A stretch of 64,000 bases of DNA. Origin: Mayamaea pseudoterrestris. Taxonomy: Eukaryota. The stretch spans positions 1-64,000 of the forward strand of contig BROI01000008.1 in the NCBI GenBank assembly GCA_027923505.1, read 5' to 3'. A program made the position numbers and the translations under genes. Positions 25,301 through 35,347 of the stretch are shown in pieces (positions within the stretch are counted from its first letter, which is position 1; each line of letters begins with the position of its first letter). The notes below the pieces were generated by a model. That model searched no databases and was not told the DNA's origin. It saw only the letters and a list, made by a program, of their open reading frames with translations.

Positions 25301-25696
25301 TTAATTGGCGTCGTGAATCACTACGGCAGCATGACCGGCGGACATTACGTGGCCACTTGCAAGGCAACTGCTTGCGGGCGAGAAGGACAGGAAGAAGTAG
25401 CGTACAGCTTTAACGGGGCAGGAGCGTTAGCAATGGAAGAAGAAGACGACACTGATGCACCTAGCGGATGGCGGATAGGTCGTTCAAAGGCTGAAGTAAA
25501 CCAAGGCAAAGTGTCTGCTTCGATAGCTTCACGAGCAGCTGCAGAATCGGCCGAACCGCTATGGCTGCAGTTCGACGATGAACTAGTCGAGCCCATTGCA
25601 CCTGAACATGTCGTTTCAGATTCGGCATACGTTCTATTCTATCGACGTCGGCGATTAACAACATCAAATGTAGCCAAATACAGCACACTTAATTGA
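19358..25696 (+). CDS. Ubiquitin carboxyl-terminal hydrolase (USP/C19 family, USP4/15/32-like) with DUSP domain; intronless
   Basis: Cys box GLTNLGNTCYSNASIQC, QQDTQEFL..LDMLHED, WRCPRCK, PDLLTIHIKRF, His box VVNHYGSMTGGHY, WLQFDDELV and AYVLFYRRR. DUSP-like YCIDKHWWDEW...DYVVVPSCVWDVLYELYGGGP. Start MGCSQSK at 19358 is an N-myristoylation/palmitoylation-type signal. Confidence 0.95.
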   Translation: MGCSQSKLLSTESSQIPLGAARAKPRGTTSSAAPMTRDRIDSWAVSNGDVAAGGSGGSPQSSPIQQLAVTPSAPPVLAKKSFPPSAAAAPSASPRKQQQQLPLPQSQATATVMPTVESQWKFLWETHSPHLLDPADVHSVLDALQCRTINKLSVVDLTLLQRRVRMIVRNLTNTAKPTRAVTSVFANTTKTETESLSVVEKHHLLTESLIAKILPTSFITHNAYQLMLHMSESLWDRVANVAVLTATKAKLEMDVNVRAPKLRMPKPSVVPEVSPLADLPPGVTLQSLTFMVAMAQHGTRQQKLLLLFYLLVDKLGEFLDSHPAGGVPTWLLEADHETVISLASLTHYHYYGHGNYLPVSNLQAPPFCASSSRQPLTIQKSKLRELIQSTILPQPSSSSSVTVVAAGVPVVDGHAEIEVNGGSSVSPSRRNSKTSQGRAMRRSSDSSTVHAEAVEPPSEPQLYPNSLLMKRLAAVRELNANGSCIPGAETLDEHVSITSAMLDKLVPPAAVATSDALEQQYDDNNQSPQQRKRSSSKLSVPPANCMTLQQFATWAEEALDNATLAKLMHQLFTTGILPTAALEKDMVQEQWHEWQIWFDYMTKQDNVDNNNALDVLTRNVTASLQNSDSSAAFGNDGDKKIIALFQAPWGGIGGLDGGGALGYGVMYCIDKHWWDEWTSYVGWSILGERPSHASGGNRPGTLLTERLLLNQDPFIPRGSLGSYEHMRYGLQLNIDYVVVPSCVWDVLYELYGGGPPLPRIVKAVTNNTAETTTTSSYTADSNNKGTPRSDELDSIIHGLDSSGGRRVTRLPDTLTVAVHPWIIHVYLCDPSQPYRRGVIGLNSIRVMTLPNSSLWRLLAEVVVRFPLHAYKAFGADNRGKGRLWRKCEQKDVPATRYGPWNLVSKGRHASIPFSLDLREQSEQFSELVSNWKEYAEEATVESAGFVDGDHVMFEFAVFRNAELVWPREAAAKAGKARRLAEEDASFRAMLQGLDEKGSLLLKPAKLRGLTLDAMDSAGRWYAVTILEVDIIDEEVDHDGLEGDDSPLRRRNPTMVAKKKVSVDFTEHGGHQEWIDVESDRLAMLGRFTAVADDHHTTTADTKLNGSNVAALVDVKSKSAPPVKKALNEPAAEVGKVCLWPGFGACGLTNLGNTCYSNASIQCMSYLPVLRSYLLSGQYKTAGDLNKDNPIGTGGKLLEEFADLVRMLWSGRGGEKSPSKFRAQLGKLKAQFAGADQQDTQEFLIYILDMLHEDSNKVRKKPMVEGVEDDWVKSTGLSRVGDEALRRFLRRSRSIMTDVAMGQELNTVTCPVCSFTSKKFESFNLLSVPIPTVAEVIFKCTVFRRATAMNCPWVLDRPRRGNNDSRRLARKANHRSETCVAEEYILAMSRLADLGDIRLKLQNACGIPAHLLRLCRVEEHEGETDATQDRRMKITLLVDKDAPCSQLARKLAPGEKGPVPPTNIVAFESTLRSRPILPAESKDEALEDTADEDEEQETDEFQHHLTPSLREQAEIETYIKVYGDDVECRLVDTNPLVIAKAVSRSLWPQLECELKVGLRVDAKDQRGNWFPGAVIELLSGDTNASKAGNVAGQPTRVRVHFDNFGSKWDEHYKVEDFNEGRVRPLYAHSIPRPKPTEFLVYHRRMDRITGEPISFGHPFYVQCHNDWSNARAGAHILAQASRFLCQQNYPKGPIDLDVNTSADTEGKVRRAYERTQSVVSDMIDLLIACDREYIRLALGISEHNTDVEKDSPFRNPSFDPITLSGVLGKKLEVMQHKLPFELRVGTLDGGNGDTKEFGPVDEVPYPFTLVRTIGNYLNAKHHVILQWREPPVDRKAGTSRTFFSSPVMYSEPIIFIDQASARDHQERIKSSQELEAFGGLGQAGIDLGVCLTQFCKVQSLPITENWRCPRCKEYREGQQSMNIWRFPDLLTIHIKRFNMSARWREKITTKVNFPLTGLDMSKWFHTESPLAQIKSDDSNIFDLIGVVNHYGSMTGGHYVATCKATACGREGQEEVAYSFNGAGALAMEEEDDTDAPSGWRIGRSKAEVNQGKVSASIASRAAAESAEPLWLQFDDELVEPIAPEHVVSDSAYVLFYRRRRLTTSNVAKYSTLN

Positions 25697-25906
25697 TAGT
25701 AAGGATGTTACGAATTGTAGCTATGTACAAGTTTAGGCGTCGCAATTCTCCACACAAAACTTAAACTCAGCACTTCCTAGGCAACCGGGTGTACTTCGCA
25801 GAGGAATGATGCAGCATTGCAAGTAGCTGCCATTTACGACTGACCTTCTTAAAGCGGCAGTCGCTGGACGTCGGTCGACAATAGTCTAAAGCCAAAAAGT
25901 ATGAAA

Positions 25907-27855
25907 TCAAGACGAACAAATGGCGACAATCAAATTCAGTGCCATCCCAACGAGCGCCGCAAACGCTTTCTTTGCAGTAGCACGGCTGGAACTCGTCCCC
26001 ATCGTATCTCCTTCACCTCCGTCACTCGCAGCATTGGATGAAGTAAAAGTCTTGATTTGGTTCAAGAGAGCATCGCTCGAAGCAATTTCAACCGCCATGG
26101 CAGCAAGCGGCGCCACGTAGGCAGCGACGGTGAGAGGTCCAACTAGGACGGTGGGAATGGCAGCATTCAAGTCGATGAGCATAATCTCGACATGTTGGCC
26201 AGCAAAGACGCCGTACGCCTCGTTGTCGATAGTCATCGCCTTCACGACGCCTGTCATTAATGTGGTACCTTTGATCGGCTGCAATTGCTTATAAAGCGAG
26301 TCGTAGTCTAACTCTTCTCCAAAGATTTGCAGCGATGGCATAGGAATCGAGTCTGGTGGCCAATAGTACATACCAGGCTCCACCTTGGCATTGCCTGGAT
26401 TCGAAAAGTATGGCAGGATAGGATGGCTATCCGTTTCGTTGCTGACTTCGTTTGTATTTGTTAGTATAACCTTAAGCGTCTTGTCCAAGTTGCCACCATT
26501 TTGGTGATATTGGCCAAGGGCGAGTGCCAAACTACCGGGATCAGTGTAGCCACCGTCAATAAACCTACCATCCAAGTCTGTAGACGACAAAGTAAGGGGT
26601 GAGACGATACTCGAGCGAGAGTGACACAACAATTGAATGCCCACAATCAAGACTCACCAGTGCAAGGCTTTGGCCACTGAGAGCATACGGCCACATCGTA
26701 CGCCAACTCCGAATTATACAATTGCGATAATCCTTTACGATAAACATTCAGAATAAATTGCTTGGCGGATGTGCCAGTTTCATTGTCGGTACGAATGGCA
26801 TGGAGCGCCACCGAGTTAAGTTGCGCCATGACGGAAGGGACAAGACCCGAGAAGGCCCCAACGGCAGCCGAACTGGGCGCCGCTAGTTGATTCAAAGTGG
26901 GAGCGTCGCCACCAAAAAACGCTCGCATCTGGCCTGCAAGTGTTGGAGTTTGTTGTAACGTCGATGTTGATACTGTGACTGATGCATTGGCTGGTGGCGG
27001 ATACAAGTAAAAGGGACGATAGGCCGAGAGTGTTGCATTGACTATTGCCGGCCCGTTGTAGACGTTTGTGATTTCATCCGGCGCCGCCTTGAAGTAGTCG
27101 GCGGAATCATCCGTGACAGTGTATTGCAGAGTGATGGGGGCCGTGTAAATAGTATTGTCTTGCGAGGCTGGACCAAGGTAAGCCATGGTGCCTCCTGCTG
27201 CGTTCGTTCCATTCTGCTTGGGAGGAACCCTCGAGTTGGCTGCCAGCACCATTTGGATCATCAAATTCGTAGACTGTAGGGCCGAAACGCGATCCTCCGA
27301 TGTAGCTAATCGATCAGCCAATCCCTCGTCGCCATAGCCTGCAGAGACTGCTTGAAACATGGTCTGCGTAAAGTTGGCCCAGTCGCCTTGAAAGTAAACA
27401 AATAAATCGCACTCTTCACCAAACAATTGCTGCAGTAAATTGTCGGCGCCGAATCCGCAATTTGGATCGTTTGGAACATCTTTAAATATTCTTTGATATG
27501 CAAGCATCCATTGCGTCACGAAAATTCCTAACTCGATGGATGAGCTTGCCAGTGTCTTGTCGAAGAAAATGGGCGAGTAAAAGAATTGCAGCGCGAACCA
27601 CGAAGCCCCAGAGTTTGTTGAAATCGATTGAAAGGCTGAAGAAGTTGCATTGATCAAGCCAGCCCTTCCAAATACATTTGCAAAGCCCATGTCAGCCACC
27701 ATGGACCTCCATCCGCCTCCAGTGCTTGACCAAAAGAGCGTATCGAAGTCTGTGAATGCTTGTTGCTGCTGCTGCTGCTGCTGACTCGTGGCAATGAAGA
27801 CATGACTAAACAGTAGCATCAATTGAACTACTCTTCTAGTTGATGAGAGCTTCAT
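25907..27855 (-). CDS. Secreted, probably GPI- or membrane-anchored patatin/lysophospholipase-like (FabD/lysophospholipase fold) protein; exons 27855-26658 and 26577-25907
   Basis: N-terminal signal peptide, oxyanion-like STGGGWRSM, nucleophile-like STNSGASWF, and FIDGGYTD just after an 80-bp GT-AG intron (26578-26657). Ends in a small-residue linker plus hydrophobic C-terminal tail. Confidence 0.7.
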
Positions 27856-28093
27856 GATGGTTATTGTTTAAGAAACGAGCCTGCGAATTCGAGGACGTCG
27901 TTCGAAAGATGATTGCCATGGTCAAAATCAAAAATCTTGAAATGGATGTCGCACTGTGATTGTTAGAGCTATCATGCGCTGACCAAGGAGCTTCTGGCGT
28001 TTGCGACTCATTTGATACCTACTGCACTGATAGATAGATTCAATACCTGATGCATCATTCAGATATATTATAGTAAGCATACAATTGAAAAGT

Positions 28094-29542
28094 TTATGTC
28101 TGAGATACTCTTGTATTTGCGCGTCCCATGACAATGTCAAAGGTGGAATTCTTCAGGAAACGTTTGCCTTCAAACGGCTTGCCTTGCACTCGAGCCATCT
28201 CGCGAGCCCAAATGCGTTTCCACCGCGGCTCGCCCTTGACAGGGTGCTCCCAAAATCGTTGGTTACGTCCAACGACCACCAACTTGACTGGATCTGGACT
28301 ATGAAATGCCATGGCGGAAATGTCGTGATCCTCATGGCCCTCGCAGTAGCTGCACTTGTTGGCCAGTGCTTCCTTTCCAATGAAACGTGCCAAGTCGGTA
28401 GAAACAATGTACATTTGACCAGCCACATATAGATGCACACCTTCGAAATTGTTACCAAAATAAGACTCATATTTGATTCGTTCCGCCTCTGTCGCATGTG
28501 TTGGCCAGTAGGCCTTGTCGCGGAGGGCTCCAACGTAGACATTCTTGTTGTAGGGCGCTGGAGGCAATTGGCGGTAGGCAAACCGAAAGAACTCGTGCAA
28601 ATGGAGAATGCTGTCGGCGTCACACTTGACAACGTAGTCCAAGTCATATTCGCTAGCAATCATGGCACCGGCCTTCATCCAGGTCTGACTCTTGCCTAGG
28701 ACGAGGAGAAGGTAAATGATTAAAGTTTGGACATTGATGAGCCACCGATGTCATTTACGCTAGTATCAAGTAATGAAGAAACAGAAACGAAAGACGCACC
28801 TTCGTTCATGGACTCGCGTATGTTGAGCTGTGAAAGTGATTATGGAACAACGAGCATGTTAGCAACACATTCGTCGGTCAATGATGCAGCTCCATCAATC
28901 TTCCTTCATGCTTCCACTAAAGCTGCCAACACTGTCCGTACGTACCAACGTGACATCGGGATCATTCAAATCAGAACTGATTCCCTTGATTGGTTTCGTG
29001 ACAAACATTGGTCGCGAGTCGTCGACTAGCTCAGGCGATGCATTTGGATTGCCACCCATGACAAAGGTGTAAATAATTTCGCATCGATACCTTTCATCCA
29101 GCGGCAACGCTTTAAAATCTGGTAGACTGCATACTCGAGGATCGTTCCAAAGCTTGAATAGACTGCGATGTCGCTTGCGATAGGCTTGGTCGTTGTAAAA
29201 GTCGGCAGTGAGAATTCCAAACAAGACACGCAGTCGACCATTGTGCGGTGGTGGACCAAAAGCCAAGTGGTCTGGTAATTCGTCATCATTACTGTCTTTT
29301 GTTAGTTGTCGTCGAAAATGAGTTTGAGAGTCGGATGCGTCCAGCAGATTTCCAGCATGAAGAGAGTTTGCACCACTGCTCCACGACGCCAGGCACGCAA
29401 AGAGTTGCACGACGAAGGAGGCGACACACGTCAAGACAAAGATGCGACTAATTTGACCACCAAGTCGACTACCTTGCCTGTTACTCGGAGCCGTCGGCAG
29501 TGAGATTCGCATGGAGCCAGACGACGGAGGAGTCATCGTCAT
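28094..29542 (-). CDS. GT31-like (galactosyltransferase family) type II membrane glycosyltransferase; 3 exons including a 28-bp micro-exon (28800-28827)
   Basis: TM segment IFVLTCVASFVVQLFACL; spliced DVTL|LNIRESMNE|GKSQTW; DYVVKCDADS (DxD), YVAGQMYIVSTDLARFI and EDHDIS. Introns have canonical GT-AG ends. Confidence 0.85.
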
Positions 29543-29962
29543 GGTGCGCGAGGTCGAAACGAAAATGAGTGAGGAGATCGATCGGCTTGTCGAAACGTTG
29601 TCGTTAAGCGTGACATGAAACACGTTTTGTACTTAGCTACTTTGAATTGTGCGTAATCAGGTGCTCGCGCTGATGGAATCATCGCAACGCGACTCGATAC
29701 CGCGTTACTAAAACGACAATGGACAACGCTGCCGCGATGTGCATCCAGAGCGTCGTTGTTGTTGCACTACTAGACCAATAGAACGAAAATGTACGTTCGA
29801 ATTGCTGCATTGATGTGCATGATTAAATAGCGATGCTTCTTTTGGTTGCTTCGTTTCAATGTGCGGATGAAGCGGCGGCTGTCAGAGCACCTGTGAACCT
29901 TTGCCGTCATGCACGTTTAATTCTCTTTCTCATCCTCTACCGTTATATCTGTTACAGAAATC

Positions 29963-30280
29963 ATGACTGTGAAACGCCGCAACCACGGCCGCAACAAGAA
30001 GGGCCGCGGACATGTCAAGCGTGTCCGATGTGTCTCGACCGGAAAGGCCATCCCCAAGGACAAGGCCATCAAGCGCTTCATTGTCCGCAACATTGTCGAT
30101 GCGTCGTCCCTCCGAGACATCAAGGAGGCCAGCGCCTATCAGGAATACCAGTTGCCAAAATTGTATTTGAAAATGTATTACTGCGTCGAAGCTGCCGTCC
30201 ATCAGCGCATTGTCCGCGGACGATCCAGAGAGGCCCGCAAGATCCGAACGCCGCCACCACGATTTGGTGGACGTAGTTAG
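29963..30280 (+). CDS. RPS26: 40S ribosomal protein S26 (eS26)
   Basis: [23 protein letters not shown]...[16 protein letters not shown]...[38 protein letters not shown]. Probable 5'-UTR intron 29791-29957 (GTACGT...TTACAG). Confidence 0.98.
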   Translation: MTVKRRNHGRNKKGRGHVKRVRCVSTGKAIPKDKAIKRFIVRNIVDASSLRDIKEASAYQEYQLPKLYLKMYYCVEAAVHQRIVRGRSREARKIRTPPPRFGGRS

Positions 30281-30764
30281 ACTGTCGTTTTCTGCTGCCG
30301 CGACTATTAATCTATAACACAAATTGAAATTAGCCTATAGTTAGTATTAAATTGGATAATTGTTTTGAAAGGTCCCGGATGATTTCCAGCAGCCAAATGC
30401 TCCTCCCGAAGTCCAGGATGAATTGAGCCGCCCTGGCAAGTCCAGCACTCTGCATTTATAGAATGCACGTTCAGAAGTGTACAATACCTCTAGACATGAA
30501 ATTAAAAGTAACGGTCGTATAGGTCGCTGGATGTCAATTCGATCCTATGAGTGAATTGTGACTTGGTCACAGCAAACCGAATGATAGCTAACGCAGGATT
30601 TTTATCTCCATCCTTAACCGTTGTCGGCGAGACCACCATTCGACCATCGCGAGAAAACGAAGCCCTCCGTTTAAACTTTGAACAAGTCATAGTTGCTACT
30701 TATGCATACTGACGCGTGAAAGCAGAGCTAGAAGACGAGACGACTTTAAGTAAAATTAAGTAGA

Positions 30765-32840
30765 ATGTCAAGTACGAGCGAGAGCCTTTCGTCGTCGTCG
30801 AACGAACCTCCGGTTGCAACGCATGAGGCTGCGTCTTTCATTTCAACAACAGACGATGCAATAGGATCTGCAGAAGCATCTCAATCAGCTGATCAAGTCT
30901 CAACGATAGCAAATGAATCAGAGCAATCTGCTATAAAAGCGACGCCAGTACCTGAAGCGATTCTTTATCCGCATACGGCGACACTGGAGGAATGCTTGTT
31001 CCAATCGGATACAGTGTCACTCGCCGCTCTTCGTCGCCTTTCATCGTCTGGAATTCACGACTTGGTTGGACAGGAGCAGCATCAACAGTATTCATGGAGA
31101 GGATTAACGTGGAGACTTTTGCTTGGATACTTGCCAGGCGCCATTGAAACGTCAACGACGCAGAGTGATGAACGTTGCGATTGGAGAGCGGAACTGCAAG
31201 CCAAGCGTCAAGAGTATTTTGACTTGGTGCAGACGCTGTTCCAAAGTAACTACGACGCGACGCATGGAATAGAGCTACTGGATGACTACGATGCGACTAG
31301 CAGCGATGATGCCGTGGATTATCTTGTCAGTTCGCTCTCAAACCTTTCGACTGATTCCAATGAGTGCCAAGAAGACAGCAAAAGCAGCAACAGCAACATT
31401 ACTCCAGCCGCCAAGGAGATTTGGAAAAAGACGGGTCGCGACGTTCACATACTGGAAGCTCTCACGCGAGGTTTAAATGCTATCGTTATTTCCAATCCAC
31501 TCACCTGTCCAGAAACTGATAATGCCGATTCTACCAGTGACGACAATGATGCACCACCTGCCATGATTCGTTCCGCGCTTCTACTCGACGAGATTCGCAA
31601 GGACGTTGTCCGAACACACCCCGATTTGGCATTCTTTCTACATCCAAGACTTGGCAGACGACGATATGCGGCGCTCGAGCGCATCCTGGTGTGTGCCTGC
31701 TGGCCGCAACCCTCCACAATACAACAAGCGACGCCATATGTGCAAGGAATGAACGAAATTGCCGCGACACTCTACTACGTATTGGCTACCACGACAACGA
31801 CAAGAGTCACGAGAGAAAATACTACGACAGACACGTTTTCTTCATTGGCGCAGGAAGACTGGGCGGCCAACGCCGAGGCGGATACTTACTGGCTGTTCCG
31901 CATACTACTGGAGGAGATTCACGCCGTCTACAATAGAAACATGGACCATGACGAGTCTGGTATTCGAGGTCGACTCGCTGCCATGGAGAATCTGCTGACA
32001 AAGCATGATCCGCAAGTCATGGAACATTTAATGGAACATGGTTTGGATGCCAGCTTTTTTGCCATTCGCTGGTGGACCACGTTATTGTCGCGAGAGTTTC
32101 TTCTTCCAGATACCATGCGGTTATGGGACTCCATGTTTGCGTCGACGCACAAGGACAATTTCTTGCGCTACGCTTGCGTCACCATGGTCATGACGGTGCG
32201 TGATCGACTCTTGAAGGGCGACTTTTCCACTTGTTTGCGACTGCTTCAATCGTTTCCTTCGACGCACATGGACCAGTTGCTTCAATCGACACGTGCCTTG
32301 TGGATTTACGAGTCGCAAATTACAGTCGCTTGCCACAAGGGTGGAATCGGTTTACACCAGGCGCTGGAAACGATTGCGCCGCCACCAGCAATCATCATGG
32401 CGTTTGGATTAAAGGCTGGATCGGTCCAGCAGCACAATCAAATGCAGCATCAGCAACCAACTGTCCAAGACATTGCAGCCGAAAAGGTTCGCGATGTTGC
32501 CGCCCACGCCAACGTTTGGCTGGGACGAGCCAAGAACTCATTGGTGCAGTGGAACAAGAATCGGAGCAGGTCGACTGGTGAGCTTGGCCAACCAACAACG
32601 CCACTGCAGAAAGCATCGACTCACATTGACTCGACGCAAAGCTTGGATAGAACGACCGGCAAGGCCCTCGCCGCACAGGCACTGAGCTTGCGACGGAATC
32701 GATCCGCCTCGGCCGTGCCAGCAGCGATTCCGGAAAGCGGGTCTTTCGAGGACACCATTGACGATGTTTACCTGCAGGCGATACAGAATCCGCCACCCAT
32801 TCCTAGTTCAGAGACGTTAGTTAATACAAGTTTAGAGTGA
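30765..32840 (+). CDS. TBC-domain Rab GTPase-activating protein (TBC1D13-like)
   Basis: RGLTWRLLLGYLP, EIRKDVVRTHP (R-finger), YVQGMNEI (Q-finger), AEADTYW, FFAIRWWTTLLSREFLLPDTMRLWDSMF and GDFSTCLRLLQSFP. Confidence 0.93.
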   Translation: MSSTSESLSSSSNEPPVATHEAASFISTTDDAIGSAEASQSADQVSTIANESEQSAIKATPVPEAILYPHTATLEECLFQSDTVSLAALRRLSSSGIHDLVGQEQHQQYSWRGLTWRLLLGYLPGAIETSTTQSDERCDWRAELQAKRQEYFDLVQTLFQSNYDATHGIELLDDYDATSSDDAVDYLVSSLSNLSTDSNECQEDSKSSNSNITPAAKEIWKKTGRDVHILEALTRGLNAIVISNPLTCPETDNADSTSDDNDAPPAMIRSALLLDEIRKDVVRTHPDLAFFLHPRLGRRRYAALERILVCACWPQPSTIQQATPYVQGMNEIAATLYYVLATTTTTRVTRENTTTDTFSSLAQEDWAANAEADTYWLFRILLEEIHAVYNRNMDHDESGIRGRLAAMENLLTKHDPQVMEHLMEHGLDASFFAIRWWTTLLSREFLLPDTMRLWDSMFASTHKDNFLRYACVTMVMTVRDRLLKGDFSTCLRLLQSFPSTHMDQLLQSTRALWIYESQITVACHKGGIGLHQALETIAPPPAIIMAFGLKAGSVQQHNQMQHQQPTVQDIAAEKVRDVAAHANVWLGRAKNSLVQWNKNRSRSTGELGQPTTPLQKASTHIDSTQSLDRTTGKALAAQALSLRRNRSASAVPAAIPESGSFEDTIDDVYLQAIQNPPPIPSSETLVNTSLE

Positions 32841-33134
32841 TCAACTCGCGTCGTCTTGATTATTGGTCTACGTGCGTACAAGCAGATGGAGGAGATTGGA
32901 TCGTTTCGCCAAAGGCCCATACGTCTACCAAGTGCTCTCTGAGATGCCACGATACGATGGCAATACAATGCATACCTACATCCGCACTACGTCATATTTT
33001 ATAATCTACATTTGGTACAGGCTTTGTTTGATAAATGTATACTCTAGTTTAAGTGACAACTACTACCGTACGTGTGGTTGCGAACGCATAGGACAACCCA
33101 CAAAAACATGCCCCAGATATGCAACCCCACAAAA

Positions 33135-34577
33135 TTAATAAACACACACGCTTGAGAAACTTACCGGAGACGACATCATCCTAGTGGAATGCAGCAACTT
33201 GAATTCTTCGTCGAGGTCATTTAGGTAATCTTCAAAGGCCGAAGGCAGCGGATTGCCTAGAATGTCCGCAAGCAAAGACTCCGCACTTTCCAACTCGCTT
33301 TCCTTGCCAGCTGGCGCTGCCAACACTTGCGCGTCATCCTCGCTGTCTGTCACTGTAGCAAGTTCCTTCGCTGCTGCAACAGCGTGGCTTCCGCCTTTGG
33401 CAGAACCGTCGGATGCGTCATCATCTCTATGCTTGTTGCGCATGTGCGTCTTGAGGTATCCGTTTGAAACGACCGCATTGCACTTGGGACAATTGACCCG
33501 TCGGGCGCGACGCGCTGCGTAGCCCTCCACCTGTCGTGTTGGCAAAGGAGGCCGACATGAGCGACTCGTTGCGCTACTGTCCACCTTGCGTAATAGCAGC
33601 TGCTGCGAGTCGGGCGTTGCAAAGTCTTCCTCCTCATCGTCATCCGTCACTTCAATAAGAATTTCGGCAGTACCGCTGGATTGTAGGTAATTCTCGTCGT
33701 GAGCCTGAATGGGAGAATAGAAAAAGTGTGAGTTGTTGCGCCGCTCGCCGCGCGCGTTGGAAGCTGCATCCGATGACGCCGAAACTTCCTCTCAAACGCG
33801 AGGAACGTCCGGAACCAAAAGCTCCTCCTCCTTTTGGATTTTTCCCTGAGTCGCCGCTGCCGCCATTAGCTCAATTTGGTACTGGGCATGCAAGTACAAG
33901 ACGTATTGGAAAAAGACGCGGTCGTCGCCAACCAGCTTTCCAGCGGCTTGCATCTTGATGATGGTTTTGAAATCAACCTCCCAGTCCGGAACGACAATGG
34001 CAGCATCGGCAGGCTCCTCTGCCGGCTTGAGCGTCTCCTCGACTGGCTCAGTAACGTTTTGCGCCAACGTTTCAGCCGCCTCGTCAACCGCCGCTGCAGT
34101 CGATTCCACCGTAATTCCAAATTCGGCCTCCAGCTCGACGGGATCCAAATCCAACTCGAAATCAAGCTCGTCCAAGTCCTTCTCTTGACAGGAACAAAGG
34201 AAATTAATAAATCTGTCGTCGTCCAAGCCCGTGGTAGCTGGCAATGGAGTCGATGAATATTCCAATCGTACGGCAAAACTTCCATCGTCCAAAACAAGCT
34301 TGTTTTCCGGTCGATTTTCGTCGGCTCTTTCGCGGGACGCCTCCCTTGCAATACTCTCGCCAGAGCATGCTTTGATAGTGTTAATATTATAATGCATTTT
34401 GGTAATAATCAAAGTGATTAAATAGCATAAACAATTCAATTGAAACGAGAATTGTGAGACCATGCCGCGCTGCAGCGGCGGCGGCGGGTCCGTTTCTTTT
34501 TTTGAGAAAAGCGGGACCGGAATACGACTGCACCTCTGCTCGTCATGGCTCTCTCCATGGCTGCGGGACCTCCTCAA
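33135..34577 (-). CDS. Hypothetical acidic protein with one C2H2 zinc finger; exon structure uncertain
   Basis: ORFs 33792..34577 and 33135..33650 are in the same frame, separated by one TGA that would lie in a candidate 93-bp intron (33705-33797, with CTCAC branch site and pyrimidine tract before AG). Finger is CPKCNAVVSNGYLKTHMRNKH; long D/E-rich tracts. Confidence 0.5.
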
Positions 34578-34751
34578 ACAGCTTGTTTGGATGCTTTAGA
34601 AGCATGGAGGAGACTATTTCAAGTCGAATGACTACCATGATGCATGCAAAGATCCAAAATGCAAATCCATCCGAATGGAAGGCGAGCCAGGCTTCAAGTT
34701 GAAGCGGTACTGATGGCGTAGTCACTAAACGAGTACTATGGCTGGAAGAGT

Positions 34752-35120
34752 AGTGCCAAACCTTTGATTCTCAACGGCTGTCAATGATACACTCCGATCC
34801 AGTGTGCCAAAAACTTTGATTTTCAACGGCTGTTAATGCTACTCTCCGAGCTAGTGTGCCAAAAACTTTGATTTTCAACGGCTATCAACGCGATCACTCC
34901 GGAGCACAGTGCCAAAAACTTTGATTTTCAACGGATGTCAATGGAACACTCTGAACCAGTGTGCCAAAAACTTTGATTTTCAACGGCTAACAACAGTACA
35001 CTCTGGATCACAGGGCCAAAAACTGTGATTTTCAACGGCTGACAATTGTACACTCTGGAGTACAGTGTTAAAAACATTGTTTTCAACGGCTGTCAATGCT
35101 ACACTCCGAGCCAGTGTTGT
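34752..35120 (+). repeat. 52-bp minisatellite, ~7 units
   Basis: GTGCCAAAAACTTTGATTTTCAACGGCTGTCAATGCTACACTCCGAGCCAGT-like units starting near 34753, 34804, 34856, 34909, 34961, 35013 and 35065. Confidence 0.95.
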
Positions 35121-35347
35121 TCAATGTTCAAAGAGTACGGTAGTCAGAACTGTATTGCGACGCCCCCACAATGGCCGACCAAGAGACCTTCTCGACGATC
35201 TTGTTCACATTATAGCAATAATGGACGACACATCATCTTCTGCATGTCGTATATAGCAGCTGTGCTGCAAGCGGTGGCTTTGAATTGGGCCTCGTAGCTA
35301 CTAGTCTTTACTCGTAGTGAATTCTTCCATCGCCTCGGCTCCGTTCC

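Noticed and set aside
33792..33794. In-frame TGA readthrough in the C2H2 gene
   Set aside because: A candidate phase-0 intron (33705-33797) with a good branch site and acceptor removes it.
34752..35120. 52-bp (and 42-bp) arrays as mini-CRISPRs
   Set aside because: The variable halves are clearly homologous to each other, so these are diverged tandem repeats rather than acquired spacers.
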